A stretch of DNA of 64,000 nt from Lepidodermella squamata (GCA_047495785.1 JBLDXI010000055.1:868001-932000), one strand, 5' to 3'; numbered from the stretch's first letter, positions 36,476 to 49,455 are shown. Notes: generated from the sequence alone by a model not told the origin. Made by a program: numbers and translations.

Positions 36476-36890
36476 GTTTTCAAAACCGCAAATTTAATCA
36501 ATATTTAGCGCAATGAATGAGTTTTAGAATGCAAAAAATGCTTCTGATGGATTAGTGAATTTTGAGCGTGCTTTTATACACGTGCTACGCGCGCTATAAA
36601 TTAGCAATGAGAATACTGTTATGCGCGTGTCAATGCGGTTAAAAAAAATTGACCGACTCTTGGCTATACTAGTAGCAAGCTAGCAGACATTGCAATGATA
36701 TTCTTGTGCGGCGAAGTGTCAAGGTTATTTTGTCTTGTTTTTGACCCACGTGGACAACAGCATACATACTTAATAATAAACAGAACGGCCTTATCACACA
36801 TTTCATTATCAGAGGTACACAAAGGAGCTTGAAATAGCAAATAAACGTTCTGCCGTTCTCATTATTCAACCGATTTCATGCATAAAATTA

Positions 36891-37575
36891 GGACGAGGCT
36901 ATTCGGACACAGCGAAATGTGTGTCACGCAATGGCTATTCGAACACATTGTGGTTGCGCTTTTCGCTATTTGAACACACTGTGTATGCGTGATTGGCTAC
37001 TTGAACACAGCGGTGTGTGTGCGGAAGCGGCTATTCGAACACACCCCTCGAAGTCGAGGAATAACGGTAATATGCTAGCGATAAGACGGTAATTGACCGG
37101 ATTTAAGACGGATTAAGCGTTTTTAGCATAATTCCAAAGACTATCCCTGCTCTAGTGTCGTGTGTTCTTGATTTTCAACCTATCCTCACCGCCCGCGCCT
37201 CCAATGGTATCAAGGGGTCTTACCTCGCCGCGCACATTTAAGACCGCCGGCAAGCCAAATTGAAATAAAACCGAAAGCTGACGTTCGGCGGAGACAAGTT
37301 CGAGCTATAAAATCGCTAATTATCAGTTGCAATCACGCCGCGCAGCAGCATGTTATCGGAATTTCGCAGTTTTAGCATTTTCCGGACTAACAAAAGAGTA
37401 GTTAAAATCCGGATTTCGGTGATTTGCAGGTGACTTGAGATGCTGTGTTCAAATAGCCGAATGCGCGCACACACCACTTCACGCCCACATGTGTTCGAGT
37501 AGCCAGTCACGCACACACACTGTGTTCGAATAGCCATTGCGTGACACACAATTTTGTGTCCGAATAGCCACATCC
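36891..37575. mobile_element. Non-autonomous Mutator/MULE-like element (685 bp)
   Basis: TIRs GGA(C/T)G(A/T)GGCTATTCGGACAC with internal GCTATTCGAACAC repeats; 9-bp TSD ATAAAATTA (36882-36890, 37576-37584). Confidence 0.82.
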
Positions 37576-37692
37576 ATAAAATTAGTGCTGCAAATGACAA
37601 AGAAAAACCTACGAATAGACGTTTTTAGTTGGATTCTATGTACTCCGTCGGATTTGACTTGAAATTTTCGTAAAGGAATCATTCATGTCAAC

Positions 37693-37764
37693 GGCTCAGT
37701 AGCTTAGTGGTAGAGCGTCTGTCTCGTAAACAGAAGATCGCGGGTTCAATTCCCGCCTGGGCCT
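37693..37764 (+). tRNA. tRNA-Thr (anticodon CGT)
   Basis: Cloverleaf: acceptor GGCTCAG/CTGGGCC, anticodon arm TCTGT-CTCGTAA-ACAGA, T arm GCGGG-TTCAATT-CCCGC; T-run downstream. Confidence 0.95.
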
Positions 37765-38100
37765 GAATGTACACAATATTTTTGGGTGAATTTATTCTCT
37801 GATCCCACCTGTTTTATTACACCACGATTCAATTCTGCACGGAAAATAACTCCCAGCCCTGGTACTTAATGCTGAAATTTCCTAATGCCGTAGCAATAAT
37901 GACTTTCGTTTGTAGTTATTTTCATGGAGATCCTGAAACCGTGAAAGATCGCAGAGAGTCTGCATCTCAATTATGCTGTTTTGTAACAAAGGAAATGCGG
38001 TCCTTGTTGCATGATTTTGAGAAGCCGCCTCTATAACAATCAATTGGATTGTTTCAATGATTTCTTCACGTTGCTAATTTCCACTGAATTTAACTTTGAA

Positions 38101-39205
38101 ATGCCTCAAGCTGATTACCCACATCAAAAGGTGATTGCTGTCATTGGCGCTACTGGTTTGCAAGGCGGTGGCTTGGTTCGAGCCATCTCGCAAGAACGCG
38201 ATCGAAGCCCAAATGCCTGTGAATTTTCTGTTCGGGCAATCGCACGCCACACGTTGTCAGAGAAGGCTTATCACCTGAAAAACTGCGCTATCGAAGTTCG
38301 CGAGGCTGATTTGAACGATGAATCATCACTGATCAAAGCCATCGAAGGCTGTTATGGCATGTTCTGCGTATCTATTTCCTCGATGAACCCGGAAAACGAA
38401 CACTTTCAAGCTCGCAACATGGCTTTTGCAGCTAGGTAATTTTGGCTTGATATAGCGCTAATGATGGCAGCAAATTATTTTGAAACAGGGATGCAAAAAT
38501 CCAACATGTAATATGGTCAACTTTGGAAAACACGAAAGACCATTTGGCCGGTGTACAGATGCCGACTTTGCAAGGCAGTTACAAAGTACCTCATTTTGAA
38601 GCCAAAGCCGAGAGTGATCGTTATTTTGCCGAAGCTAACGTACCAACGACGTACCTTATCACGTCATTCTATTGGGACAATTTTCTTTTGAATGAAATGT
38701 TGCGACCTCGAAAGTCACGCGTTTTCTTCGGCCACGATGAAAAGTGGGAAATTGCAATGCCTATGGGCGATAAAAAGCTGGCTGGGATCGCTTCTGAAGA
38801 TATTGGTAAATTCTAAATTCAGCATTTCCGTTATTTGAATCTTGACTATTTTTTCAAGGAAAATGTGCTTTCGGAATTTTTAAACGCCGCGATGAAATGG
38901 CCAATCAACGAGTTGGGATAATGAGCGAAGCGTTGACTGGCCACGAAATAGCCGCTACTATGACTAAGGTATTCGGGAAGCAAGTCAGCTACAACAGTTC
39001 GATGGACTTCGATCAGTATCGATCGCAAATGCACCCGGGTATTGCCGAGTTGGGCAACATGTTTCAGTATTTTCACAACTGCGAAGAAGAGGCGATTAGC
39101 CATCGAAGTTCGGACGCTGCTCGTACGCTCAACCCTGAACTGTTGACTTTTGAACAGTGGCTCGAGAAAAATAAGGACTCTTTCAAATCGACTTTTGCAG
39201 CTTGA
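38101..39205 (+). CDS. NmrA/HSCARG-like protein, copy 5 (introns 38436-38488, 38806-38858)
   Basis: VIGATGLQGG, WSTLENTK, VPHFEAKAESD, LGNMFQYF. Confidence 0.9.
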
Positions 39206-39876
39206 TAAATGATGAATAAATATCGGTCAAATTAAACCTTGTGCTTCAACGTTTTCTAGTTGAAGATATTGATACCTGATTTCAGAATTTTTTGAGGCCA
39301 TTTGAGATTGATGTACTCAATTCGACTACCGTACTGACCGAAAATCAAGTTAGGTAATGCCATTCATCATTTTCATCACGGACTCTGTCATTTCACCTAA
39401 TTGAGTTGTTTGACGTCTGGTCTTCGTGCATGTCATAATTTATTATTTTTAACTCGATAGTAGAATCGAATTAAAAAACAGACAGCGACATTTTCGAGGC
39501 GCTTCGCATATTTATACGCGTCGGTTATTTTCTCAGCTCTACCTAAATTTGAAGTTAATTGGTCAGGCGAAAATTCCTGTCATAGCCTGGATATTACACC
39601 TAATAATAAATATGCTGGATTTTAAAGACGCATAACAAAAAACCAGGTCATCATACTGAATCTTATTCCACACAAATTATTCATCGATTTTATTTATGAT
39701 AACTGCAGTTATCCAGGATTCAGTGAAGTTGGGAAGCTAATTAGTCGTTGTTGTTTCGACTTGATTTACATTTTAATTCGATTCAAAAGTTCCGATGGCT
39801 TCGGTTAACCAAACAAAGTAATATTATTTCCCGGTATAAATGATGGTTTATAAGAGGTTCGAGAGTCTGCTGAGAA

Positions 39877-40173
39877 GGGACTACTCCAAAACAAATGACA
39901 ACGAAACAGCCAAGTACGTCAAAACAAATGACGCCATAAAAAATGAGGTCAAAAACTTGATAATTAAGGCAATGTGACGCGCGCACATGGTTTTTTCGAT
40001 AAATATCAGTAAAAAACAGTAAAAAACCATTGTCAAACGCTCATTTTAACTTTGGCGGTTCTGGTATCATTTGTTTATTTTTTTGCCTGTTTTGACGTTT
40101 TTAGAAATTTGGGTGTTTTGGTGCATTCTTTTTGGCGTCTTTTGTTTTGTCTTGGTCGTTTTGGAGTAGTCCC
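39877..40173. mobile_element. 297-bp MITE, 8-bp TSD, GG-terminal TIR (Merlin-like), copy A
   Basis: TIR GGGACTACTCCAAAAC; TSD GCTGAGAA (39869-39876, 40174-40181); near-identical inverted copy at 41483-41779. Confidence 0.9.
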
Positions 40174-41482
40174 GCTGAGAAATATCATCGGTTAGATGCT
40201 TTCATGTTACTTAATTTCGATAATTTCGTTGCTGCAGCTGCTATTTGTAGCTTGCTTTTAAACCAAACCCGACATTCGTGTGATTTGCAATTTTCATTTA
40301 TTTGTCGATTAATTATCTTCATCGCAATTATCTTCATCGATTGAGGCTGTCACTTATTGCAGGCCGACTCTATTTTCGGTTTTCGGGCTGTACGGGTGCA
40401 CGGTAATTGAATTTTTTACCGATACTAGCAGATCGGACATATATAAATTAGCTGAAAATTGAGCTGCATTCTGTCTGCACTTTGATGCACCTTCATGCTT
40501 TCATGGTTGAATCTCGCGTCCAAAGTCCAATGATATATCTTCTCAGCATTAGGTCGAATTTGAACTTCTGTATGACAAAATGATTCTTATTTTGAAAATA
40601 GCCGTGTTAGGCCTTCTCTGCTTTGACGAGGCCGAGTCAAAGAAATACAAGCTGAGAATGTTGGCGTTATGGTGGCTTCCTAGATACCCAGCGTGCAATG
40701 CCACCTTCCAACTACTAATCGACCATGCTAATAATCGGAGTGACATCCTACCCGATTACGATCTCGAACAGGAAGTTCAAGATCAGGGCCCTGTCAATGC
40801 GAACATCATCAAGTTTTTCGAGCAATCTCTACCCTCAAACACCTTCTTTGCACCGATAGTAACTGGGCCAACCGGGGACTGCAACTACAACGCCCTAACC
40901 TTGAAGGCGCTTGGAGTCGCTGAGATCACACATGGCTGCTCAGGCCCATTGATATGGTCGAGAAGAAAGAGCCTCTACGACAATCTATTCGTGACAACAA
41001 TGTCACAGCTACACTACGTCATCGCTATTCACGATATCATAACAAAAATCGGAAAATGGCAACAGGTTTCAATTTTCACCAGTTCTTATAATGGCAACAA
41101 CTACATGACAGCTTTATCGATTCAATCATATGTCAATTCTCGAGGAATTGACGTCGTTCAATTTTTGAATATTCACTGGATGGATGATTTGAATAACTCG
41201 ACAATTTCGCCGATGCTGCAAAGTAGGATTATCGTTCTTGCCCTCATTTCCGGCTACGACTGTCAGTTTTTTCTCTGCGCCGCTTACTTCGCCGGTATCC
41301 GACCTCCTTTATACGCATTTATTGCCCTTGGAGATGGCTGTTTCACCCTGACTTTGAACCCAGCAACGCCTCTGCCTTGGACATGCCAGGGCGATAGATC
41401 TGTTCTACTTTTCCAAATTACTGGCCTATTTTCGGTCTCATTAGCCACGAGTGGACCTGGCTTGAATGCTACGACTACATTC

Positions 41483-41779
41483 GGGACTACTCCAAAACGG
41501 CCAAGACAAAACAAAAGACGCCAAAAAGAATGCACCAAAACACCCAAATTTCTAAAAACGTCAAAACAGGCAAAAAAATAAACAAATGATACCAGAACCG
41601 CCAAAGTTAAAATTAGCGTTTAACAATGGTTTTTTACTGTTTTTTATTGATATTTATCGAAAAAACCATGTGCGCGCGTCACATTGCCTTAATTATCAAG
41701 TTTTTGGCCTCATTTTTTATGGCGTCTTTTGTTTTGACGTACTTGGCTGTTTTGGTGTCATTTGTTTTGGAGTAGTCCC
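41483..41779. mobile_element. 297-bp Merlin-like MITE, copy B
   Basis: Same TIR as copy A; TSD CTACATTC (41475-41482, 41780-41787). Confidence 0.9.
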
Positions 41780-41795
41780 CTACATTCGGCTATAC

Positions 41796-43123
41796 GGTAT
41801 ATTGGAACATGCGCAAAGTAACTTGCGCACAAGAGTAATTTAGGTAACTTGCGCATTAGCCTTTTGCGCACTTTTAGTAACTTGCGCACATGAGTATTTT
41901 TAGTCACTTGCGCACGCAGCGTGAATAATATTCGAAAAAGTCATTTTAGCACATTTCCATTATTCAATGCCGATTGTGACCCTAGTCCGGGTTTGCAGGG
42001 TGACCTAGGCCTTTAAAAAAATTATATTATATATAAAATTAAATAAACTTTAAAAAATCGCAATTTTTAGTCATTTTATTCGATGTTTATCGCAATCATA
42101 TCCACATTCCGCGACTTCTCTGTGTATCTGCGTATCAATTTTCGAATTCTAAGATTGCGCCGAATGTATATATGATTGTGATCAACATCTAAAAAAATGA
42201 CTCAAAATTGCGATTTTTTACAGTTTATTCTATTTTATATTTAATTTTTAAAAGATCGCGCTGAAATTGGCCGAGCAGTGATAAATTATTCACAATTTAG
42301 CGAAACTTTAATCTGTTACGTCTCGATAAAAGGTCAGGGTTTTGGCTGCGCTTTTCAGGAATAAAAGTTTGGGATGTGCTCTACCAGATGGTATAGGTCC
42401 CTCGGAGGGCTTTTGAGTTGCTCAAAGTAGGCATACTCGGCCCATAAAACCATCACTTCTATAGGTCCTAAGGCGATTTGGCATGCACCATCGTGTTCAG
42501 CATGGTCGAATTACCTGAGGTGTGAAGTTTGACACCGATAGGTTGAGAAATCGACAAACAGTTTTAGGAAACATGGAGAGAAAATTATCGCTAAAATTAA
42601 ATAAACTCACTAAAAACTAGAAGGAAAAATTATTAAAATTCCTCCTTAATAGAAAAATGCGAAAATACTTTTTGTAGAGTTTTCTGCATGAGTTTCCTCT
42701 CTGGTTAATCTGAACCTTAGAGTGCACCTCTGTGTAATACTATGGTGTCATTGGTGAGGGAGAGGTGTATGGCTTGTCAGATACCTTTCACTTGGTAACT
42801 TGCGCATTTACCATTAGTACGCGATCATGCGCTGTAAAACATGTTCTATGGGAGCGCGGTTGTTTGTTTACCTGTACACCAAGACACTTGTGCGCAAGTT
42901 TGTTGATATTTGCTGCTAAATCCGACGAGGGCGTGTTTGTAACTCACATACAAATACGAGTGCGCACACCTATGCGCAAATTATTAAAATAATTAGAATT
43001 ACAGCATGCGCAAATGACTAAAAATACTCGTGTGCGCAAGTTACTAAGTGCGCAAAAGGCAAATGCGCAAGTTACCTAAATTACTCTTGTGCGCAAGTTA
43101 CTTTGCGCATGTTCCGATAATTC
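41796..43123. mobile_element. ~1.33-kb non-autonomous long-TIR (MULE/foldback-like) element with an internal palindrome at ~42011-42254
   Basis: ~120-bp TIRs made of AACTTGCGCA units; flanking duplication (ATTC)GGCTATAC; exact TSD length (8-12 bp) is ambiguous. Confidence 0.82.
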
Positions 43124-45916
43124 GGCTATACATTCGCGAATTTTGACCAAGCTTTGAAAGATTTTACGGCGAATAGAACGGATATTTCATTCGATTACCC
43201 GTCAAGATACGCCTGTCATGATGTTATTATGCACTCAATATTGACACTAAATGAATCTGATGCGATTTTGAAGCAGCAACATCAACTATCTCTAAAGGAC
43301 TGAATATCGAATCGGGATATAGTCTTCAAGGTTGTCAAAAATGCTGCAGCAAAGGTTAAATTCGTCGGCGCGAGGGTAGGGCCTATGGCCTGGGACGAAA
43401 ACGGCGAACTGAATGAGGACATGTTCGTGCGACAAGTCGTCGGAAGAAAAGTTCGATCGGTCGCAAAACTGGAATACAATGAAAATAACGGCAGTATGCA
43501 AGGTGTCTACAGCTACAAATTGATCGAACCACCAGTTTTTGCGACTCATTTCGGGGGATCTCCTAAAGACTTATCGGCGATCGAAAATAGGATCGCGCAA
43601 TGTGGCGAAATTCTGATAGCTTCAAGCTTCATCGTAGCTGCCTTAATTTCAATTTCACAACTCTGCATTTTCTCAAAGTCTCTCATGAATGGCTCTAAAG
43701 TTGAGGGGTACCAGCTTTTTTATGGGGTTAAGGCTAAAACTGGCATTTTGTTATCACTTATCATCTCCAATGTTTCCGCTGTTCTCATTTTAGTTGGGGT
43801 TGACTACTTTCCTTGGCTAGAATGCCAACTAAGACCTTTATTTGTCGCCTTTGGCCCAAGTTACATACACAGCTTTCTTATTAGTCACCTCGTGGCCTTT
43901 GCAAAATGTATGACATTCAGACTAAGACGACGTAGGAGAAGGGCGAGATCATGGGGTGTTATCCCTAAATCTCTGAAAATGGACATCGAAATAACATCCA
44001 ACCCTCGACAAACCGCTAGACAAATAATTGCTGTTTTCGCCTTAATTTTTCTGCCTTGCATGCTTGGTTTGATTGTGTGGATATCAGGAGATAGTCTGCA
44101 GTTACAGCTGTCTATATCCGAGACCGCGTTTGACGACGAAGAGGACACCTATTTCACAGTCACGTCGCCCGAATGTGGTTCAACTGATGGGCAATTCTGG
44201 ACTGCAGCTATTTCAGGGTACCATGCGTTTTTACTGGTCCTGGCGAATGGATTATCACTAGAGTTGCGCCGGAAAACATTTCCGAGAGTGGTCGAGTTCA
44301 GTGTCCGCTTGGTTCGCCTCGCTTCGTTAAACGCCCTGGGTAACGTGGTGGCGTTGGTTTTGATCATCGCTGTCTTATCGACCTCGACGATGCATTGCAT
44401 TCGACCGGCCATATTTTGCTTCGGCTTGCTCACTTACTCGCTAATTACCGGTATTATTTTGTTGTTTCCTCACCCAGTGAGCAAAAAGAGACAAAGCCGC
44501 AAGGTGTCGGATCCATTTCCTCTTAATAATTGAGGCTTTTAATAATTTTTCAATAAAATTGTCTTGGTTCAATGCATAATTAACGGAAAATCTTGCTGCA
44601 AATGTACAGTAGCCTGAACAAATCGAGAACAACTTTATTATCCGACATGTCTGTTCTATCCGGCTAATTTGAGTTGTTTTGTTCAACAACTCAAAATGCG
44701 TGGCTTATGACAACAAATATTGCCTTACGAAAAGCCGAAATCTGCTAATCAGACCGCCTGATAGACTTTCGATATACGTGTCAGCAGTTCAACCTAATTT
44801 ACGCCATGAATTCGCGAAAACGAGTAAAACTGTCCGATCGAACTTCAATCACAACAGACGTCGAAAAACGCCTGACGATCGGAAAACTATTGGATGAAAT
44901 TAGACCTTGGTTGGATGAAAAATGTCGGACCCGAAAAATACCAGAATAATGGGTATTATTTGGAAAAATACTTGATCTTTGAAAATCTAAACACCAATTC
45001 GATGAAATAATAATTAACTCCCCCTTCTCCCTAACCTATACTGCGGGGCATTTGGCTCAGAAAGCCGTGCCGATCGGGCCATTAAAGTAGCCCCCTACAG
45101 CGTCACCTGTGACGGAAGATCACAGACGGACCGTGGCCAGGTGGGACCTGCTTAAACCACCCTCCGTCAGATTGAACCTAAACTATCCCGTGTTCCCTAA
45201 GAAGTTTCCCATATAGGCTACTAGGATTTCGTTAGAAATCCCAGTTACACCCGACCCGTCTTGAAATTGCGTCGCAATTTCCCATGAAACTTTCGTTTCG
45301 GCCAGTCTTTTAAATAAAGAAAGAAATGTAAAATGTTCAGAGGATTTACGTACATTTTAATGAATCTATATATCATTATAACTGAGTATGGCTCAATTTC
45401 GGGCTCTCATTTGCTTGTGTAAATTTTGCTTCATGCGACCATCGGAGGCTCCATGGAGAGATTCCACGCAAAAAATCATCAAGCTGTGACCAGAAATAAA
45501 TAGGTTGTTGAAAAAATGCTACCTTTAACCCCTACTTTTTGTCAGCCTTAGCCATCTCGAAACCTGGAAACGTGTAACTACAGGCTTGAGGTCGTGGGGC
45601 CGGATCATTAGCTGTTTTGTTATAACATCAGGTTAAACATTAAATTCACATTAGCGCCAATTTTTACATGGTTGTATGATACCGGGCTGCTATTATCCCA
45701 CAGGCTCGTGGCGCTCGTGCCGTCTAATCTTCCCTGTTGCGAACAGGCCGGCCGCGCCATATAGCAGGCAGGCATGTGACAAAAACAGCTTACATTACAT
45801 GCTGCTGGCTCTCCACTTCCTACGCTCTTTAACAGCTCAAGTGATGAACGCGATGATGACAAATACAAAGCTGGGATTCCTTCACCCCACGAGCAGTTGT
45901 ATAGCTCGATAGAAAA

Positions 45917-48900
45917 ATGAAAATCCCCGGACTTGTGCTTCAATTAATCGCAATTGGTTAGTATGGCTATTTTCGATTTTTAAACTGAATTTTGAAAATC
46001 ATTTAACAGGTATTGTATCTTGTCAAAAGTACGCGGAGTTGGCGGCTAAAAAATGCGTGGGAGGAGATGATATTGGCGGGCCTTTCGATTCGTACGAAAC
46101 TTGCGTCGATGCTTGTAACAGCTTACGAACATGCCTTGGATTCAACTGGGAGGAAGCTACTAAGCTTTGCACTCCGAAGCCCAACGATTGCGAAATTATC
46201 GATGATCAATCTTCAACTTTTCACTTCAAGCCGAGGGTTATCCAAAACTCACCCCCACGGTCCCAACTATCGAGTGTTGTCGAGGTAAATTCCCTAAACG
46301 TTGAACCTGACAGTGTCGATACGACGAGATCAGCTGTGGCTTCAACGGGTAATCCGTTGAAATACGGCGATTATGACGTTAAAATGGGCTATCGGTGTTC
46401 TGGAGGATACAGCTGGCGGTTGGGTGATCCAAAGAACACGCTTATCGAATGTCGGGAATTATGCAACACCATCGCTAATTGTTACGGCTTCACCTGGGAC
46501 CTGGCCTATGGGCAATGTTACACAACTACAGGCGGATGCATCCTAAGCCCAATGCCGCATTACATTTTCTACGTCAGGCCGGCTTTTTACGCCCAACTGC
46601 TTCAGACCACAACGCTGCCGACTACGACAGAAGCGCCAGACGTTAGGTTGAACTATCAAACTGTCAACAACGCATTTTGTACCGGCGAAAACAGCGCGTT
46701 AACTGAGCCTAAGGACGACTTGGATAAATGCTTAGAATACTGTGAACCTAATGGTCGCTGCCTTGGTATTAACCTGATTAAAACCAATAACACATGCGTC
46801 CCAGTGTCGACTGGTTGCTCGGTATCAGCTGATAGCACTAAAGATTTCTACAAGAAAATCAAGCAATTAGTAACTACTACGTCAACTGTCCCGCCCAGTA
46901 CCACTTCTACTGAATTTAGGGTGGATGATTTGTTCAACAAAAAAGCTGAACCAGCGTCTTATTTCGCAGCGATTGGAACGCGATGTGTCTCATCGCGAGA
47001 TAGCATCATCGACTCTGGGCCGCATCCTGATTACTGCAGGCAGAAATGTGATGCTAGGATCGACTGTGTTGGCTATAATTGGATGCAGTCGGCAAGTGTA
47101 TGCCAGGTGGTCACTCTCGGATGTACCGAAGGGTCCAATTCAGCCTATATTTACTACCGGAAAGAGACGAAAAACAAAACAGCTGATGCGATTGATTTGT
47201 TGAACAAAATGTCAGCTCAGGACATTTTAATCAGCCGTATTAAATGGGAAAGTAGTGTCGTCCTACCGAGCTATCGCGTCGCTACGGGTTGGGCCTGTAC
47301 CGGCGACGAGTCGACCCGAATTAGTACTGACCAAAAAACTGCTCTGCAATGCGCGGCGATTTGCGACAAAGCTCCGTCTGGTATCTGCCAGGGTTTTACG
47401 GTCTATCCTAATAAGCGACTCTGCGTTGTTAGAACCCTCGACTGTACTATTGAGCAGGATGACGAAAATGGCGCGATTCTTTACCGGAAGAAGCTGATTT
47501 CGTATCCGACTGTTCCGACGACTACAACAACAACGCCGGCGCCCACGACGACTACAACCACAGCCTATACTACAACGATTCCTCAACCTCTTGAGGTTAA
47601 CCCGATGGCGGAGAATGCTCCTCAAATTTTCTACTTCAGAGATTACGAAGTTCGCCCGTCCGTTAGATGTACTGGTGGCTTATCTACGCAACTATATTCC
47701 CTCGCAGTCCCCCTTCGTGACTGCTTCGATCGCTGTGATAAAATGGAAAGCTGTATAGGGTTCAATTGGCATTTAGAGACAGCTCTTTGCATCGCGATGT
47801 CTAAGGGTTGCAACATGATGCGGAACAACCCCGGTTTCGCGTTTTACCTAAAACCCGGCCAGGGTAATGACGCTGCGATTGATATTGGAACTACGACTCA
47901 AGTTCCGAGAACGACAGAACGGCAATCTAGTAACTTCTACCCTACAAAGGATAGTCGGTGCATCGGCGGGAAATCGGAGATGATTGGCCGACCGAAATCT
48001 TCGATTTACCAATGTTTAGAGGAATGCGATATAGCTGATGGCTGTTTCGGGGTGAACTGGATCCCGCGCGGCGAGTGTCACCTAATTTCATATGGCTGTG
48101 CTATGAATCTTGCTAGTAACTTCATTTTTCTCATGAAGACGTCAAACCAGAGCTTTGATGTCTACGGCTACATCAGATCTGAGTTAAGACCGTCTACCAC
48201 GACTACGACTGAAGCTACAACAACGACTAGGCCGACGTATGGCTACGTGATTCAGTTCGGATATCGCTGCTCTGGGGTTCGCCAGGCTTTGAATGATCCG
48301 ATGCTTTTGCTGAAAAACTGCGCTGAGGCTTGTAACGGAAATGATGCATGCCTAGGTTTCAACTACGATTATACATCCGAGCTTTGTATTACAACATCCG
48401 CGTATTGCGACCTTGAGCCTTATCCTTACTACGAGTTCTATCGAAAACCGAATCGCTACCCAGCTACTACGTCGACGACCCCGCGGTATACTAGTACAAC
48501 ACCGACGACAGAGATGGCGAAGAGTGAACGCGACCTGGGCGCGAATTACCTGAGAAGATTTGGCTCCCTATGCGCGGGCAGTCGGACGATTGGCGAGTTC
48601 CTGCGCGACCTTGACGAGTGTTTTGCGATGTGTGATAATTTGCCGGAGTGTTACGGCATCAACTGGCGGCCAACCCAGCGGCAATGTGCTGCTAGGGTCA
48701 AGGGCTGCGTGTTTGTTGAAGATCGAGGATCTGTTTTCTACGAAAGGGTATTCACTATGACGACCGAAGACGTGAGGGCTATAGGGATGATAGTGGACGA
48801 GCTTCCGACCACCGAATGGTTCTATCCAACCACCACAACTACTACGACGACAAGAACGACGCCGACAACGAGAACTACCAGACCGACGACTCCCAGCACA

Positions 48901-49197
48901 ACTTCGACTACGACCACCACCACTACGACTACTACTACGACCACAACCCGGCCGACGACTACCACTACGTTGAGAAGAACAACAACGACGACGACCAGAC
49001 CAAGGACTACAACAACGACGACTGTGCCAACTACAACTGAGGAAGAAATAGCGCTACTAACCGAGCCAGTTAGTACTTGGGCGACTAGGCGCAGGAGATC
49101 GACGACTGCTGCTCCAACGACGACTACGACCCAGTTGGCGACGGTAATGCTTATCACACGTCGTCGTCGAACAATGGCTCCCTTAAGACGAGGATGA
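45917..49197 (+). CDS. Secreted protein with nine PAN/Apple-like six-Cys repeats and Thr/Arg-rich mucin-like tail (intron 45957-46009)
   Basis: Spliced signal peptide MKIPGLVLQLIAIGIVSC; repeated C...CxxxC....CxG(F/I/V/Y)(N/T)W...C...C...FY units; poly-Thr linkers. Confidence 0.85.
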
Positions 49198-49383
49198 GCA
49201 ACAGTTTATATATCATAAACATTGTTTATTTGAACACCATCTCGTGTTTAACGAAATAAAAAATTAGACCCACATGTGATTCAAAGCTGATGATTGACCT
49301 TTGAAGTCGATTGACTTCTCACCTCAAATTTTTCGTGATAATCAAGCTCGTGATTAAGTTCAAATTCTAGCGTATTATCCAAA

Positions 49384-49455
49384 GGCTCAGTAGCTTAGTG
49401 GTAGAGCGTCTGTCTCGTAAACAGAAGATCGCGGGTTCAATTCCCGCCTGGGCCT
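49384..49455 (+). tRNA. tRNA-Thr (anticodon CGT), identical second copy
   Basis: 72 nt identical to 37693-37764. Confidence 0.95.

Larger units (their letters stand above)
40580..44533 (+). pseudogene. Third class C GPCR-like paralogue, disrupted by two DNA-transposon insertions and an in-frame stop
   Basis: N-terminal part NNRSDILPDY, PIVTGP; removing both insertions gives TTFGYTFANF..YACHD; TGA at 43301-43303; 7TM in 43385-44533. Confidence 0.85.

Noticed and set aside
36891-43123. Short interspersed repeats (GCTATTCGAACAC, AACTTGCGCA) resembling CRISPR arrays
   Set aside because: They lie within terminal inverted repeats flanked by TSDs; the context is eukaryotic and there are no cas genes.
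43301-43303. In-frame TGA as selenocysteine or readthrough
   Set aside because: It aligns to an aromatic residue in the paralogues, and the gene is already disrupted by two insertions; a nonsense mutation is simpler.
45248-45266. U21/SNORD21-type C/D snoRNA or rRNA gene
   Set aside because: No CTGA D box follows the antisense element and there is no further rRNA similarity; kept only as part of a tentative finding.
48822-49157. Poly-Val ORFs (also 4138-4320) and other antisense ORFs over real genes
   Set aside because: They are shadows of Thr-rich or codon-biased coding sequence on the opposite strand.
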